From assembly GCA_048938105.1 (NCBI GenBank), contig JBHLMN010000030.1, positions 1-49,867 on the forward strand: DNA of 49,867 nucleotides, written 5' to 3'. The DNA comes from Promethearchaeota archaeon (GTDB taxonomy: Archaea > Asgardarchaeota > Heimdallarchaeia > Hodarchaeales > Hodarchaeaceae). The notes under the pieces were generated by a model. That model was not told where the DNA came from. It searched no databases and saw nothing but the letters and a program-made list of their open reading frames with translations. The first letter of the stretch is position 1. The number at the start of each line of letters is the position of its first letter. Made by a program: the position numbers and the translations under genes. This document shows positions 37,555 to 47,386 of this stretch, piece by piece.

Positions 37555-38780
37555 TTAGCTTCCTCCACCTTTGATATAGCAGCATCTAGGATTTCTAAAC
37601 CCTTTTCACGGAGTTCTTTAATGTAAGGATAGTCGGTATATTGTTCTGATACAAATTCAGCAAACAGGACTAATGGATCTAGGATTAAATCTGAAGACAC
37701 AATTTCCCTCACTTTTTCTGAAGTGCTCCAATTAATTTCATAATAGAAGGTTCTTTCTTCTAGGGTTTGATGAATTCGGGGTAGAATGACACGCTTTTTA
37801 AGCAAGGAGGAAATTTGAATGTCAATACGTACAAGTGCATCCTCGAGGTTTTGAGGGAGGTGCTTTAAGATGAAATCAGTTGGATTTTGGGTGTCTTGAG
37901 GAACTTCAATGTACTTCCTTAATAATGAACGAGGATTATTTGAAACAAAATCTAATTTTTTGTTATTTGTATCATAAACATAAAACCCTTTATCCTCTGT
38001 TGTTTCCCCAAAATCCACTCGCTCTAAAGATCCAGGAACTAGTAGTTTACCATCAAAGAGTACTTGAGTGGTATGAATATGACCGAAGATTGCAAGATCA
38101 ATCTCTTTTAACGGGAGCATATCTTTCTTGAAGATGAATTCATGTGGAAGTTGATCAGGATAAGGAATTATCCCAATCCTTGATCCTTTTACATAGAAAT
38201 GTCCTACGATGATTTTTACCTTTGTGTCCAGTTCTTGTACTTCATGTTTGATCCAATCACGAAATAGCTGCTGACTACGAATCATATGTTGGCCTCGTTC
38301 GATCTCTTCCCCAATCTGTTCCTCAGCATATGCTATAGCTTGAGTAGCTGTCATGTAGGGGAGAAGAACGAATCCAATCTCCTCTTCTGTGTTTCGGGCT
38401 ATAATTTTTTGCGATTGAGGCCATCTGGCTGCAATGCTATTAGGAATAATTGAGATCTCACCAAAAGGAGATCCTTTTTCAAAAATCTGAGGTGAGTCAT
38501 GATTTCCTCCCACCAAAACGATTGGAATTCTATAATTAAGTAATGGTTGCCAAATTTTTTCCCTCACTTGTCTTAAAAGAGTTGGCCCAATTGACACTCG
38601 GTCATATAAATCCCCAGAAATAACAAAAATATCTATTTGTTCTTTTATTGAATATTCAACAACACGAGCTAATGCTTCAATGAAATCCATTGTACGGTCG
38701 CTTATCCCTGTCCGTAGATTCACACGATAAGGATATCTAATACCTATGTGAACATCAGACACAAATAGGATTTTTGCCAT
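37551..38780 (-). CDS. mre11: Mre11/SbcD nuclease
   Basis: SDVHIG, GDLYD, GNHD, GH, GHIH, PGSLERVDFGE. Confidence 0.92.
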   Translation of the reverse strand: MAKILFVSDVHIGIRYPYRVNLRTGISDRTMDFIEALARVVEYSIKEQIDIFVISGDLYDRVSIGPTLLRQVREKIWQPLLNYRIPIVLVGGNHDSPQIFEKGSPFGEISIIPNSIAARWPQSQKIIARNTEEEIGFVLLPYMTATQAIAYAEEQIGEEIERGQHMIRSQQLFRDWIKHEVQELDTKVKIIVGHFYVKGSRIGIIPYPDQLPHEFIFKKDMLPLKEIDLAIFGHIHTTQVLFDGKLLVPGSLERVDFGETTEDKGFYVYDTNNKKLDFVSNNPRSLLRKYIEVPQDTQNPTDFILKHLPQNLEDALVRIDIQISSLLKKRVILPRIHQTLEERTFYYEINWSTSEKVREIVSSDLILDPLVLFAEFVSEQYTDYPYIKELREKGLEILDAAISKVEEAK

Positions 38781-38794
38781 ATTAGATCAGCAGG

Positions 38795-40414
38795 TTATTT
38801 TGGCTTAAATAGGTCACTCTTTTCTTCATCAGACATTTCTTGTAGTTTTTGCTTTAAGCGGGTGCCCGTATGTGTAACTTTCCATTTATCGGTCATAGTC
38901 TGGTCATTGTATTCTAGGACATCCATAGCTGTGGGTGCTTTAATTGCATCCCCAAACATTAGAACAGTTCGTGGTGGCATTGCTTTCACAATTGCACGCC
39001 AAGCTGCAGGATCCACAGGGCCTGAAAGAGCCCCTGTGATATCTTTCGGATCATTTAAAGAAAGAATAAAACGATTTGCCAACTGAGATAAAATTTCAGG
39101 ATCAATTCTCGAAGGACGTTGATCAACCATAGCTAATACAAGTTTAAACTTTCTCATTTCTCGGGCTAAACGATCAAAAATTGTACCTCTTGAAATTATT
39201 GGATCAAGAAACTTGTGAGCTTCTTCAAGTAAGACAACTAAATGAGGATACTCTGTCATATCAACCATCTCACTATATGCTTGATATAAACGTCTTGAAA
39301 GAATATTAGCTACAAATAAGTATGCAAAGAAATCCGCTCCATATTTTCCAAAATCAATTACAATAGATTGGCCAGTTTTGAGATAAGTTAAAATTTTGTT
39401 CAAAGTTCCCTTTCCTGGCCGAACAATGAATTCAAGACGCTCTAATCGTGCAATACGTCTGCCTAAAGCGCTTAAAGTGCCACGAGTTGCTTGGTATGTT
39501 TCAGGATCAGCAAGAGGAGCATTTGAAATCGCTTCTATCAATGTTTGCCCAGCTTTAAGTCTATTTATTTCGTATATTGCGTCTTTCATAGCAGGACTAA
39601 GATCTTGGAACGCAACAATTAGATCCTGTGGTGTGATCTCGTCTTCTCCTAAGTATAAAACTTCATCAAGGCCCTGACTTGTTTTTGGGTCCAGTCCAAG
39701 TAAAGTGATTTTATCTTCATAAAAGAATTTGAGTCCAGCTGATTGGTCAGCACGACTTCGCCAACCATATTCAGATTGCATATCAAAAACTAAAATTTGA
39801 GCGACTCCAAGGTGAAGAATATTTCCTAGAATAATTTTATTGAGAAAAGTCTTTCCAGAGTGGGTTCGACCAAAGATGCCAAAAGGTACTTGAACCAAAT
39901 TCTGGAAATCAATCGGGATCTCGAATCCCTCAACACCTCGCAATGTTCCCACTGTTTCTGAATTTTCTGGAAGATCAGTTTGATAAACTCTATTCACATC
40001 TTCCTCATTAGCGAAACGACCAGATGAGAAATATGGAGGGAGGGTTTCAAATGAAAACGTTTTATTCGTTTCTTTCTCTATCATCTGGACACATTGTAAT
40101 TCTGCTGTACTATAGAAGGCACGTCCGCGAGCAGTTTCAATGGAGGTCATAGGGATTGTACTTCGTAATTTCTCAGCATTCGCTAACATTGTTACTGCAT
40201 TACTTGTAGGGAAGGAGATATCAGCAATGATACAAAAGAAGTCATACTTATTACCTTCAACAACTGCAGGGTACCCTATTCTTACTTCCTCACTATCAGT
40301 TTTCAGTTTCAATTGAATTGCGGAGCTTACAGCTCCTGAAATCACTTCCCCAAGCATCCCATTAGAGCTTGTGGAGTTATTTCTTTCTTCCATCTTCTTC
40401 TTCTCCTTGTTCAT
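38795..40414 (-). CDS. herA: HerA helicase/translocase
   Basis: N-terminal HAS-barrel-like region, GRTHSGKT, FDMQSEY, LEEAHKF, REMRKF, DQRPS, SQ. Confidence 0.9.
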   Translation of the reverse strand: MNKEKKKMEERNNSTSSNGMLGEVISGAVSSAIQLKLKTDSEEVRIGYPAVVEGNKYDFFCIIADISFPTSNAVTMLANAEKLRSTIPMTSIETARGRAFYSTAELQCVQMIEKETNKTFSFETLPPYFSSGRFANEEDVNRVYQTDLPENSETVGTLRGVEGFEIPIDFQNLVQVPFGIFGRTHSGKTFLNKIILGNILHLGVAQILVFDMQSEYGWRSRADQSAGLKFFYEDKITLLGLDPKTSQGLDEVLYLGEDEITPQDLIVAFQDLSPAMKDAIYEINRLKAGQTLIEAISNAPLADPETYQATRGTLSALGRRIARLERLEFIVRPGKGTLNKILTYLKTGQSIVIDFGKYGADFFAYLFVANILSRRLYQAYSEMVDMTEYPHLVVLLEEAHKFLDPIISRGTIFDRLAREMRKFKLVLAMVDQRPSRIDPEILSQLANRFILSLNDPKDITGALSGPVDPAAWRAIVKAMPPRTVLMFGDAIKAPTAMDVLEYNDQTMTDKWKVTHTGTRLKQKLQEMSDEEKSDLFKPK

Positions 40415-41455
40415 TCAACGAGTGATATCATCTAAATGTCGATGAAAGGGGTCTCTTTCTATTCGTTCATGGATTATGAGATATTGAAGTAATTCATCTT
40501 CGATACCAAGAGCAGAAGCAGCTTCTACCAATTCATGATTATACATATCTGGAACTCTTCGAACTAATGCTGCAATGTTATGAGCATCAACTAAAGGAAA
40601 TGGGTATCCAGGAAAACTATCTATCATCGAATAATATGCTAAATGGGAGAGAATCGTTTCAATTTCTTGGTGCTTCTGGAGCACGACATCCACTCTGAAG
40701 CTTTTTATAGGTTTAGAATGAAGTTTTGCCAAAAATGTCTTTCCTAATGGAGGATAAACCTGTTTCCCTTTAGGTACCTCCTGAATTTCGGTGTATAACA
40801 TTCGTGGATCATTTTCAGTCAATCGTTTAACTAATGCTTCATCAGTAAGGTCGGAACTGAGGCGTCTTGTTGTGTTTCGTTTCGATACACCAATAAGAAT
40901 ATTATTGTTCTCAACACAGGCTTCTCTTAAGTTTCCAGCAGCATCTTCGATCGGTTTTATTTGAGCTATTGTCAAAGCGCCATCCATTGCAATCATAGAA
41001 TTTGAATATTTCAAGGCCCAATCTTCAGCTAGCTTATATTCTTCGAACTCCCTTAATTGACTTAAAATTCCTTGAGCGGTTGGGCTTCTTCCTAAAACGT
41101 TTTTAATCTCTTGATGGAGAGCTTTAACATCTTGATCATAGTTTAACATCTCAAGATTGTTTGGCGCAATCAGAGCGGGGATATCCTTATGGTCATGATC
41201 AACTAATATTAAAGATTTTGATTGAGCATGATATTCATATACTACTACTGCTGCTCGAATGACGGCAATTCTTGCATCAACATCGGGGTTATACCAGATC
41301 CACCGATTTGAACCATCAATAGCCACCATTTTTGGGGGGATATCTTGATACATAAATTCACGAAAAGAAAATGATGGATTCTTCTTTGCTTCTTTTATTG
41401 CTTGCCTTTGTGTTGCTTGGATCTGTTTTAAGAATTGTTGAAAATGTTTTTTCAT
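40415..41455 (-). CDS. nurA: NurA nuclease
   Basis: AIDGS, MDGAL, GVSKR, GYPFPLVDAHN; abuts herA. Confidence 0.9.
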   Translation of the reverse strand: MKKHFQQFLKQIQATQRQAIKEAKKNPSFSFREFMYQDIPPKMVAIDGSNRWIWYNPDVDARIAVIRAAVVVYEYHAQSKSLILVDHDHKDIPALIAPNNLEMLNYDQDVKALHQEIKNVLGRSPTAQGILSQLREFEEYKLAEDWALKYSNSMIAMDGALTIAQIKPIEDAAGNLREACVENNNILIGVSKRNTTRRLSSDLTDEALVKRLTENDPRMLYTEIQEVPKGKQVYPPLGKTFLAKLHSKPIKSFRVDVVLQKHQEIETILSHLAYYSMIDSFPGYPFPLVDAHNIAALVRRVPDMYNHELVEAASALGIEDELLQYLIIHERIERDPFHRHLDDITR

Positions 41456-41826
41456 TAATATTAACCCCTAATTTGTGATAATCCCCAATTTAAATTATAG
41501 ATTATGAGGATAATTCACTTATAAGACATTTGTACTGTTAAAGCTTTTATTTCTTAATACCGCAGGAATCAAAATTATTACCCCTTATTTTTCGAAGTGA
41601 GTCGTTGTAGAGCTTTTGAAATTCATGTAATCTCAAAAAACAAGACGTGATGGATTAAAGTGCTAGCTTTTGACCTTAAAGATAATGATAGACTGATTTA
41701 GGAGCTCTTCGCCCTCTGGATTGATAGTAATTGAATTCTAATCGTGTTTAAAGCAAGGATTTTTATTATTAGATATTTACTCATTAAAAAAAGACTACAT
41801 TTCTCTAGTCCATCATGTGATCTTCA

Positions 41827-43047
41827 ATGATTGAAAATAAACAGCGACTACAACTTGAAAAAGAGTTCAATAAAGGAACAATCCCTTTTGCAATAGATAG
41901 AAGCAAATACCGAAGATTTTCTGAGAGGGACACGATTTTTGCTAGAGTAGTATGGGATGAATCTTATTCATCTCATATGCGTCCTATAACAGAACGTGCA
42001 TCCCAAAAAGTAGGTAAGAAAGGATATAGTCGTATGGGTTATGCTGCTCAAGAAGCATCCTGGACAATATATGATTATTTTTATGGAGCCTTTGATTGGA
42101 AGAGTGCTGGAGGAGACAGTGATAAGAAGATTCTTCCCACGCAGCTGTTAAATGTTTTACCCAAACTTGAATCAACTGACATCAAAATGAACACACAGCT
42201 AATTAAACGAATAGGTCAAGTATTTGGTGCATGCAAAGTAGGAATCGCTGAGCTTGACCCTGACCTTCCATTTATCTATACACACAATCGAATAAACGAA
42301 CCAATTAATTTTCCCAAAGAAATGAAATATGCTATTGTAATGCTGATCGAGATGGACTATCACGCGTTAAAAACATCACCAGCTCTCCCAGCAAGTATTA
42401 CAACTGGAAATGGGTATTCACGAATGGCGTTTACCATCGCTTGTATGGCTGAATCTTTACGAAAATTAGGCTATCAGGCAATTCCTGCAGGTAATGACAC
42501 AGGATTGTCCGTACCATTGGCTGTTAAAGCAGGTCTTGGACAATTTGGGCGTAATGGTCTCTTAATCACCCCCAAGTATGGGCAGAGGGTACGAATATGT
42601 AAAGTTTTGACTGATTTACCATTGATCCCAGATAAACCGATAGATTTCGGCGTTACCCAGTTTTGTAGAGTGTGTAAAAAATGTGCAAAGGCCTGCCCAT
42701 CACAGTCCATATCTTATGAAACGGATCCCACTTGGGAAACTCCTTGGGATACTATCTCAAATAATAATGGAACCTATAAATGGTATGTTAACGTGGACAC
42801 TTGTTATGATTATTGGGTAAAAAATTCCGCTGATTGCTCAAATTGCATTCGAGTTTGCCCTTTTACTAAACCCCCAGCTATAAGTCACGATATAGCACGA
42901 TTTTTTATTAAACATTTTCGATTTTTAGATCGAATGTGGGTATGGATGGATGGCCTTATGGCAAAATTCCCCTGGTGGCGTTATGGAAGAAAAGACGATC
43001 CAGAGAAGTTTTGGCGGTCCAAACGATACCTAGGGAAAAAGATGTAG
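41827..43047 (+). CDS. rdhA: Reductive dehalogenase (RdhA-like corrinoid/2x[4Fe-4S] protein) without TAT signal
   Basis: YSRM, AGLGQFGRNGLLITPKYGQRVR, TDLPLIPDKPIDFG, FCRVCKKCAKACP, CSNCIRVCPF. Confidence 0.85.
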   Translation: MIENKQRLQLEKEFNKGTIPFAIDRSKYRRFSERDTIFARVVWDESYSSHMRPITERASQKVGKKGYSRMGYAAQEASWTIYDYFYGAFDWKSAGGDSDKKILPTQLLNVLPKLESTDIKMNTQLIKRIGQVFGACKVGIAELDPDLPFIYTHNRINEPINFPKEMKYAIVMLIEMDYHALKTSPALPASITTGNGYSRMAFTIACMAESLRKLGYQAIPAGNDTGLSVPLAVKAGLGQFGRNGLLITPKYGQRVRICKVLTDLPLIPDKPIDFGVTQFCRVCKKCAKACPSQSISYETDPTWETPWDTISNNNGTYKWYVNVDTCYDYWVKNSADCSNCIRVCPFTKPPAISHDIARFFIKHFRFLDRMWVWMDGLMAKFPWWRYGRKDDPEKFWRSKRYLGKKM

Positions 43048-43077
43048 ATATTATATGATAAAAAGGGTCGAAACTAT

Positions 43078-44073
43078 ATGAAAGTTTTATTTGCCCTTCG
43101 GGTTTCTCCAGAGATGAAAGACTATTATCGGGAACAACTATCAGAAGAGATAGATCTTATTTTTCCTACTGAAATAAATGATGAAATCTTATTATCAATC
43201 GCTCCAGACGTAGAGGTTCTTGTAGCTTACAAATTATCCTCTGTATTTATGGAAAAAGCAGAGAAGTTGAAACATATTCAGGTTCCTTGGACTGGTTCGG
43301 AAACTCTAGATTTTGAGCTTTTACGTAAATATCCACACATTACAGTCTCAAACTCACATTCTAACTCACTAGCAATAGCTGAACATGCTGTTTCCCTATT
43401 AGTATCAGCAGCGAAAAGAATTTCTTATCGTGACTCAAGGATGAGAGAAGGAGATTGGTCTCCTCGTTATAATGATGTGAACTCTTATTGGATTACTGGA
43501 AAAATCTTAGGAATAATTGGTTATGGAGCAATAGGTAAAAAAGTAGGTAAAATTCTAAAAGATGGATTCGAGATGAAAGTTTATGCAATTAAAAGAGATC
43601 CCCACAGAGTTGAAAATAGGAATCAATGTGATTTTATTGGAGGGCCAGACGATATTCCTTATGTTTTAAAAGAATCTGATTTTATTCTTATTGCATTGCC
43701 ACTGACCAGAGAAACAGAGGGTCTTATTGGGAAGAATGAACTTCAACAGATGAAAGAAAGAGTTATAATTTGTAATATTTCTCGGGGTTCAATAATTGAT
43801 GAGCAGAGTCTCTATGACTACCTTAAAGAAAATAAAAATGCAATTGCAGCTTTAGATGTGTGGTACAACTACCCCCAAGATCGTAAAAATCCTACTGATG
43901 TGTTTCAAAATCATTCTTTTGAAGAATTGGATAATATCGTGATGAGTCCACATTCAGCATTTAAAGTGGTTGAAAGGGAAGCAGTTTTTGCTGGAGACAT
44001 TATTACAAATATTTCATTGATTGCAGGGGGTAAAGAACCAATAAATCAAATTAACTTGGATTTAGAGTATTAA
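43078..44073 (+). CDS. D-isomer-specific 2-hydroxyacid dehydrogenase family protein
   Basis: IAEHA, GYGAIG, LPLTRET, NISRG, LDVWY, SPH. Confidence 0.92.
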   Translation: MKVLFALRVSPEMKDYYREQLSEEIDLIFPTEINDEILLSIAPDVEVLVAYKLSSVFMEKAEKLKHIQVPWTGSETLDFELLRKYPHITVSNSHSNSLAIAEHAVSLLVSAAKRISYRDSRMREGDWSPRYNDVNSYWITGKILGIIGYGAIGKKVGKILKDGFEMKVYAIKRDPHRVENRNQCDFIGGPDDIPYVLKESDFILIALPLTRETEGLIGKNELQQMKERVIICNISRGSIIDEQSLYDYLKENKNAIAALDVWYNYPQDRKNPTDVFQNHSFEELDNIVMSPHSAFKVVEREAVFAGDIITNISLIAGGKEPINQINLDLEY

Positions 44074-44302
44074 GAATCCAGCAAGATTGTTTTTCCTAGC
44101 TATCCACATACTCTAAGTAAGAATAAGGAAAATAAAACCATTTTAATAATAATTTGGTTAATTTGGATTTTCTTTAATGCTGAATCTCTTAGTAATATGA
44201 TTTTTTATAAGGAATGGTTCAGAAACAATTAATAAGGTAAACATTGTTAGAGTTATAAATCTATAGTTCTTTCAATTTGTTGATAAGAGTGATGAATTAC
44301 CA

Positions 44303-47168
44303 ATGAAAACGAATTTTAAGCCTATTATGATTATAATTATCATATCATTATTATCGATACCTAGTGTACCATTCCAAATAAATGAATCAAAATCGCAAAC
44401 AAACACGCTTGCAACTCTATCCTCACCCCAAGTGAGTGAATTGATTGAGATCAATGGGAATGTTGATTTTGATCAACAAGCAACTACGAAAGGATGGCCT
44501 GGCAATGGTACAGCGACCTCTCCCTATATCATTGATGGTTATTCATATAACTTAGGTGGGAGTCTAGACGAAGCGGGTGCTCTAATCCAAAATACTGATA
44601 GACACTTCATCATGAGAAATTGTTATTGGCATGCCCCAAAGGCGTGGTCAGAAAATTCGGGAGGCTTTAAATTCGTAAATGTGACCAATGGCCACATTGA
44701 ATCTTCATTGGTAATTGGGGCACCAGAGGGTCTGATGTATTTCGATGGAACTTCATATTACCCCACACAGTGGGCAGCATGGTTAGAGGATTGTATTAAT
44801 TGTACGATAGACGATCTCACGGTTAACGCTTATTATAATACAAACCTTCACCCCTTGTTTTTTGGGAATCGAGTTAAGATATAGTCATGGCATCAATATA
44901 ACCAATTGTGCTATTGAAGCATACATTGGTATTAGAACTTATGATTGCACCTATCTTACCATTTTAGATAATGATCTTACTGGACCTCAAAGTACTGGTT
45001 ATCCATTGGCAGATTTCACTCTAGGGGTTCAATTTACAGAAACTATTTATAGTACTCTGTCCGGTAATACGATCTACAACTCCGCTGATATGGGTGTTTG
45101 GTTTCTATCCTCCAGCAATAATAATACAATATCTGACAATACTATTTATGATTGTACAAATTATGGTGTGACGATGACTAGTACCAACTATACTACGCTA
45201 TCTGGAAATACTTTTTACAATTGCGGACTTGAGGGGATTCATTTGGATACAGCCAAAAATGGCACATTCCAGAGTAATATTGTTTACAATAATCAAGTTG
45301 GTATGGGATTTATTGGATCCATAAACAATACAATTTCCGACAACACTGTTTATGACTGTGGTGTTGGCATTATATTGGAAGGCTGTAATAACAATACTGT
45401 TTCAGATAATACTATCTCTGATATTACTGCTTCTCATGGCATTAGACTATATACCTGTCATAATAATACAGTTTCAAATAATACAATCTATAATATTTTT
45501 ATTTCTGATGGCCTGTTGTTGGGTAACGGTTGTAATGATAATACAGTTTCAGATAATACTATCTATGACATAGCATTGAGAGGGATGTATCTACCGGTTA
45601 ATAACCTCCGTAATACGTTTTCTGGAAATACGATCTACAATTGCTCGGTTCAAGGTATTTTTGCGGGAGTAAACTGTAGTAATAGTACGTTTTCTGGGAA
45701 TACGATCTATAATTGCGCAACTGAAGGTATTTTTCTAGTAGATTCCAGTTTTACTAATCTAAGTTGGAATAAAATCTTTAACAACACGCATTATGGTGTG
45801 GCTATTTTCTCAACAGGTGTTCCATCTAGTAACAACCAAGTAACCTGGAATTATTTCCTGGGTAATAATCCTGGGGGAACCTCTCAAGCTTATGATGATC
45901 AATTAAATAATATTTTTGCCTATAACTACTGGGATGATCACACTGGCCCCGATAATGGACCTGATGGGATTGTAGATACTCCATATGGAATTGATGGAGG
46001 ATCTAATGAGGATTTATCTCCACGTATGTCTCCAATACCTCTAGTTACAATTGATTCCCCAATTATTTCATCCTATACTATACCTACAATCTCTGTGCAG
46101 TTATCTGGAAATGCTCTTCATTACTGGTACTACATTGAGGGGGCCGATATCCAAAATCAAACGTGGATCGATAACCTAAATCGAACGTTAATGGATGGTA
46201 CCTACACTCTTCATGTTTTCGGAAATGATACACTTGGATATACTGCTCATACTATGGTTACCTTCACAATTGAATTTCTTTCCGTTATTTCTCCACTCAC
46301 TCAGGATTATGCAACAGACACGATCACTGTGTTATTGGCTGGAAATGCGCTTCATTATTGGTATTATGTTGATAGTATAGACCCTGTGAATCAAACATGG
46401 ACGAAAAGTGTGAATCGAACATTACCCGATGGATCTTATACTCTTCATGCTTATGGGAATGACACACAGGGTACAATTATTCATTTAACTAGAGATTTCT
46501 TTCTGGATGCAAATCCTCCAGATATCGAGATTATCTCCCCAATTAATCCAGTATACACTCAAAATACCATCACATTGACTTATTTTATATCGGATGTGAC
46601 AGAAACAATTGTAACTATCTATATTGACAATGTAGCTAACACAACAGCTATCCCCAGTGGGAGAACTAGCACTTTCCCAGATGGGAATTACAATCTCACT
46701 ATCATTGCGGTAGATCAACTTGGACACGTTGGAAAAAACAGTATTATCTTTACTGTGGATGCTACTCCTCCTACAGTTAACATTGATTCTCCGACTGCGA
46801 TATCCTATACTACCAAAACTATCCCTGTGACTCTTTCAGGGGATGCAGAGGCTTATTGGTATTATATTGAAGGAGTAGATGAATCGAATCAGACTTGGAC
46901 ATCAATGGTATCACGGAGTTTAACAGATGGGACTTATACACTCCATGCTTATGGTAATGATTCAGTAGGTAATATTGCACATACTACCCTCATCTTTACC
47001 ATAGATACAAGTCCCTCCACAAGTTCGACAACCCAAGAAACAACCACGACTAAGCTTATCACTACTACTACCACAACCGAAGAAGCAGGGTCTTTCCCAA
47101 GTTTTCTCACAGTGCTAGCCTTTATTACGACTCTCGTGGTAGTTGTTCGCCGACGTCAGAAGACCTAA
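44303..47168 (+). pseudogene. Right-handed beta-helix (NosD/pectin-lyase-like) surface protein with 4 Ig-like stalk modules and GSFP-TM tail, split by a single +1 frameshift (ORFs 44303-44884 and 44862-47168)
   Basis: ORF1 has the signal peptide and GWPGNGTATSPYII cap; ORF2 continues the NNTISDNTIY repeats with no signal peptide. The shift lies within 44811-44881, which contains CCCC-TTG-TTTTTT-GGG. Confidence 0.75.
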
Positions 47169-47182
47169 GAGTTTTCTCGCTC

Positions 47183-47189
47183 TTTTTTT
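47183..47189 (+). terminator. Putative oligo-T terminator
   Basis: T7 tract 14 nt after the stop at 47168. Confidence 0.4.
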
Positions 47190-47386
47190 GACCTAGATGG
47201 ATTTACGTCAAAATCGAGACTCGTTGGTTGAAGCGATGTTAGAATATATTTTTAATTCGAGAAAATACAGAGGTTAGAAAAAGGCTTAATAATCTTCAAA
47301 GAGGGGTATACTAAGTTTTTACAGAAGTAGATTTTACTCTTTGTATGATCTCACTGCTGTTTTAATTAATTGGAGTAGATTTAATT

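Noticed and set aside
41456-41826. Structured RNA or tRNA in this and other long intergenic gaps (2100-2447, 25527-25821, 30690-30998, 32497-32886)
   Set aside because: No cloverleaf, T-loop motif or GC-rich stems visible by eye; a covariance-model search would be needed to exclude small RNAs.
47372-47382. GAGTAGATTT shared upstream of two surface-protein genes (also 2088-2097 on minus)
   Set aside because: Only 10 nt, overlaps the RBS region, and could occur by chance in AT-rich DNA.
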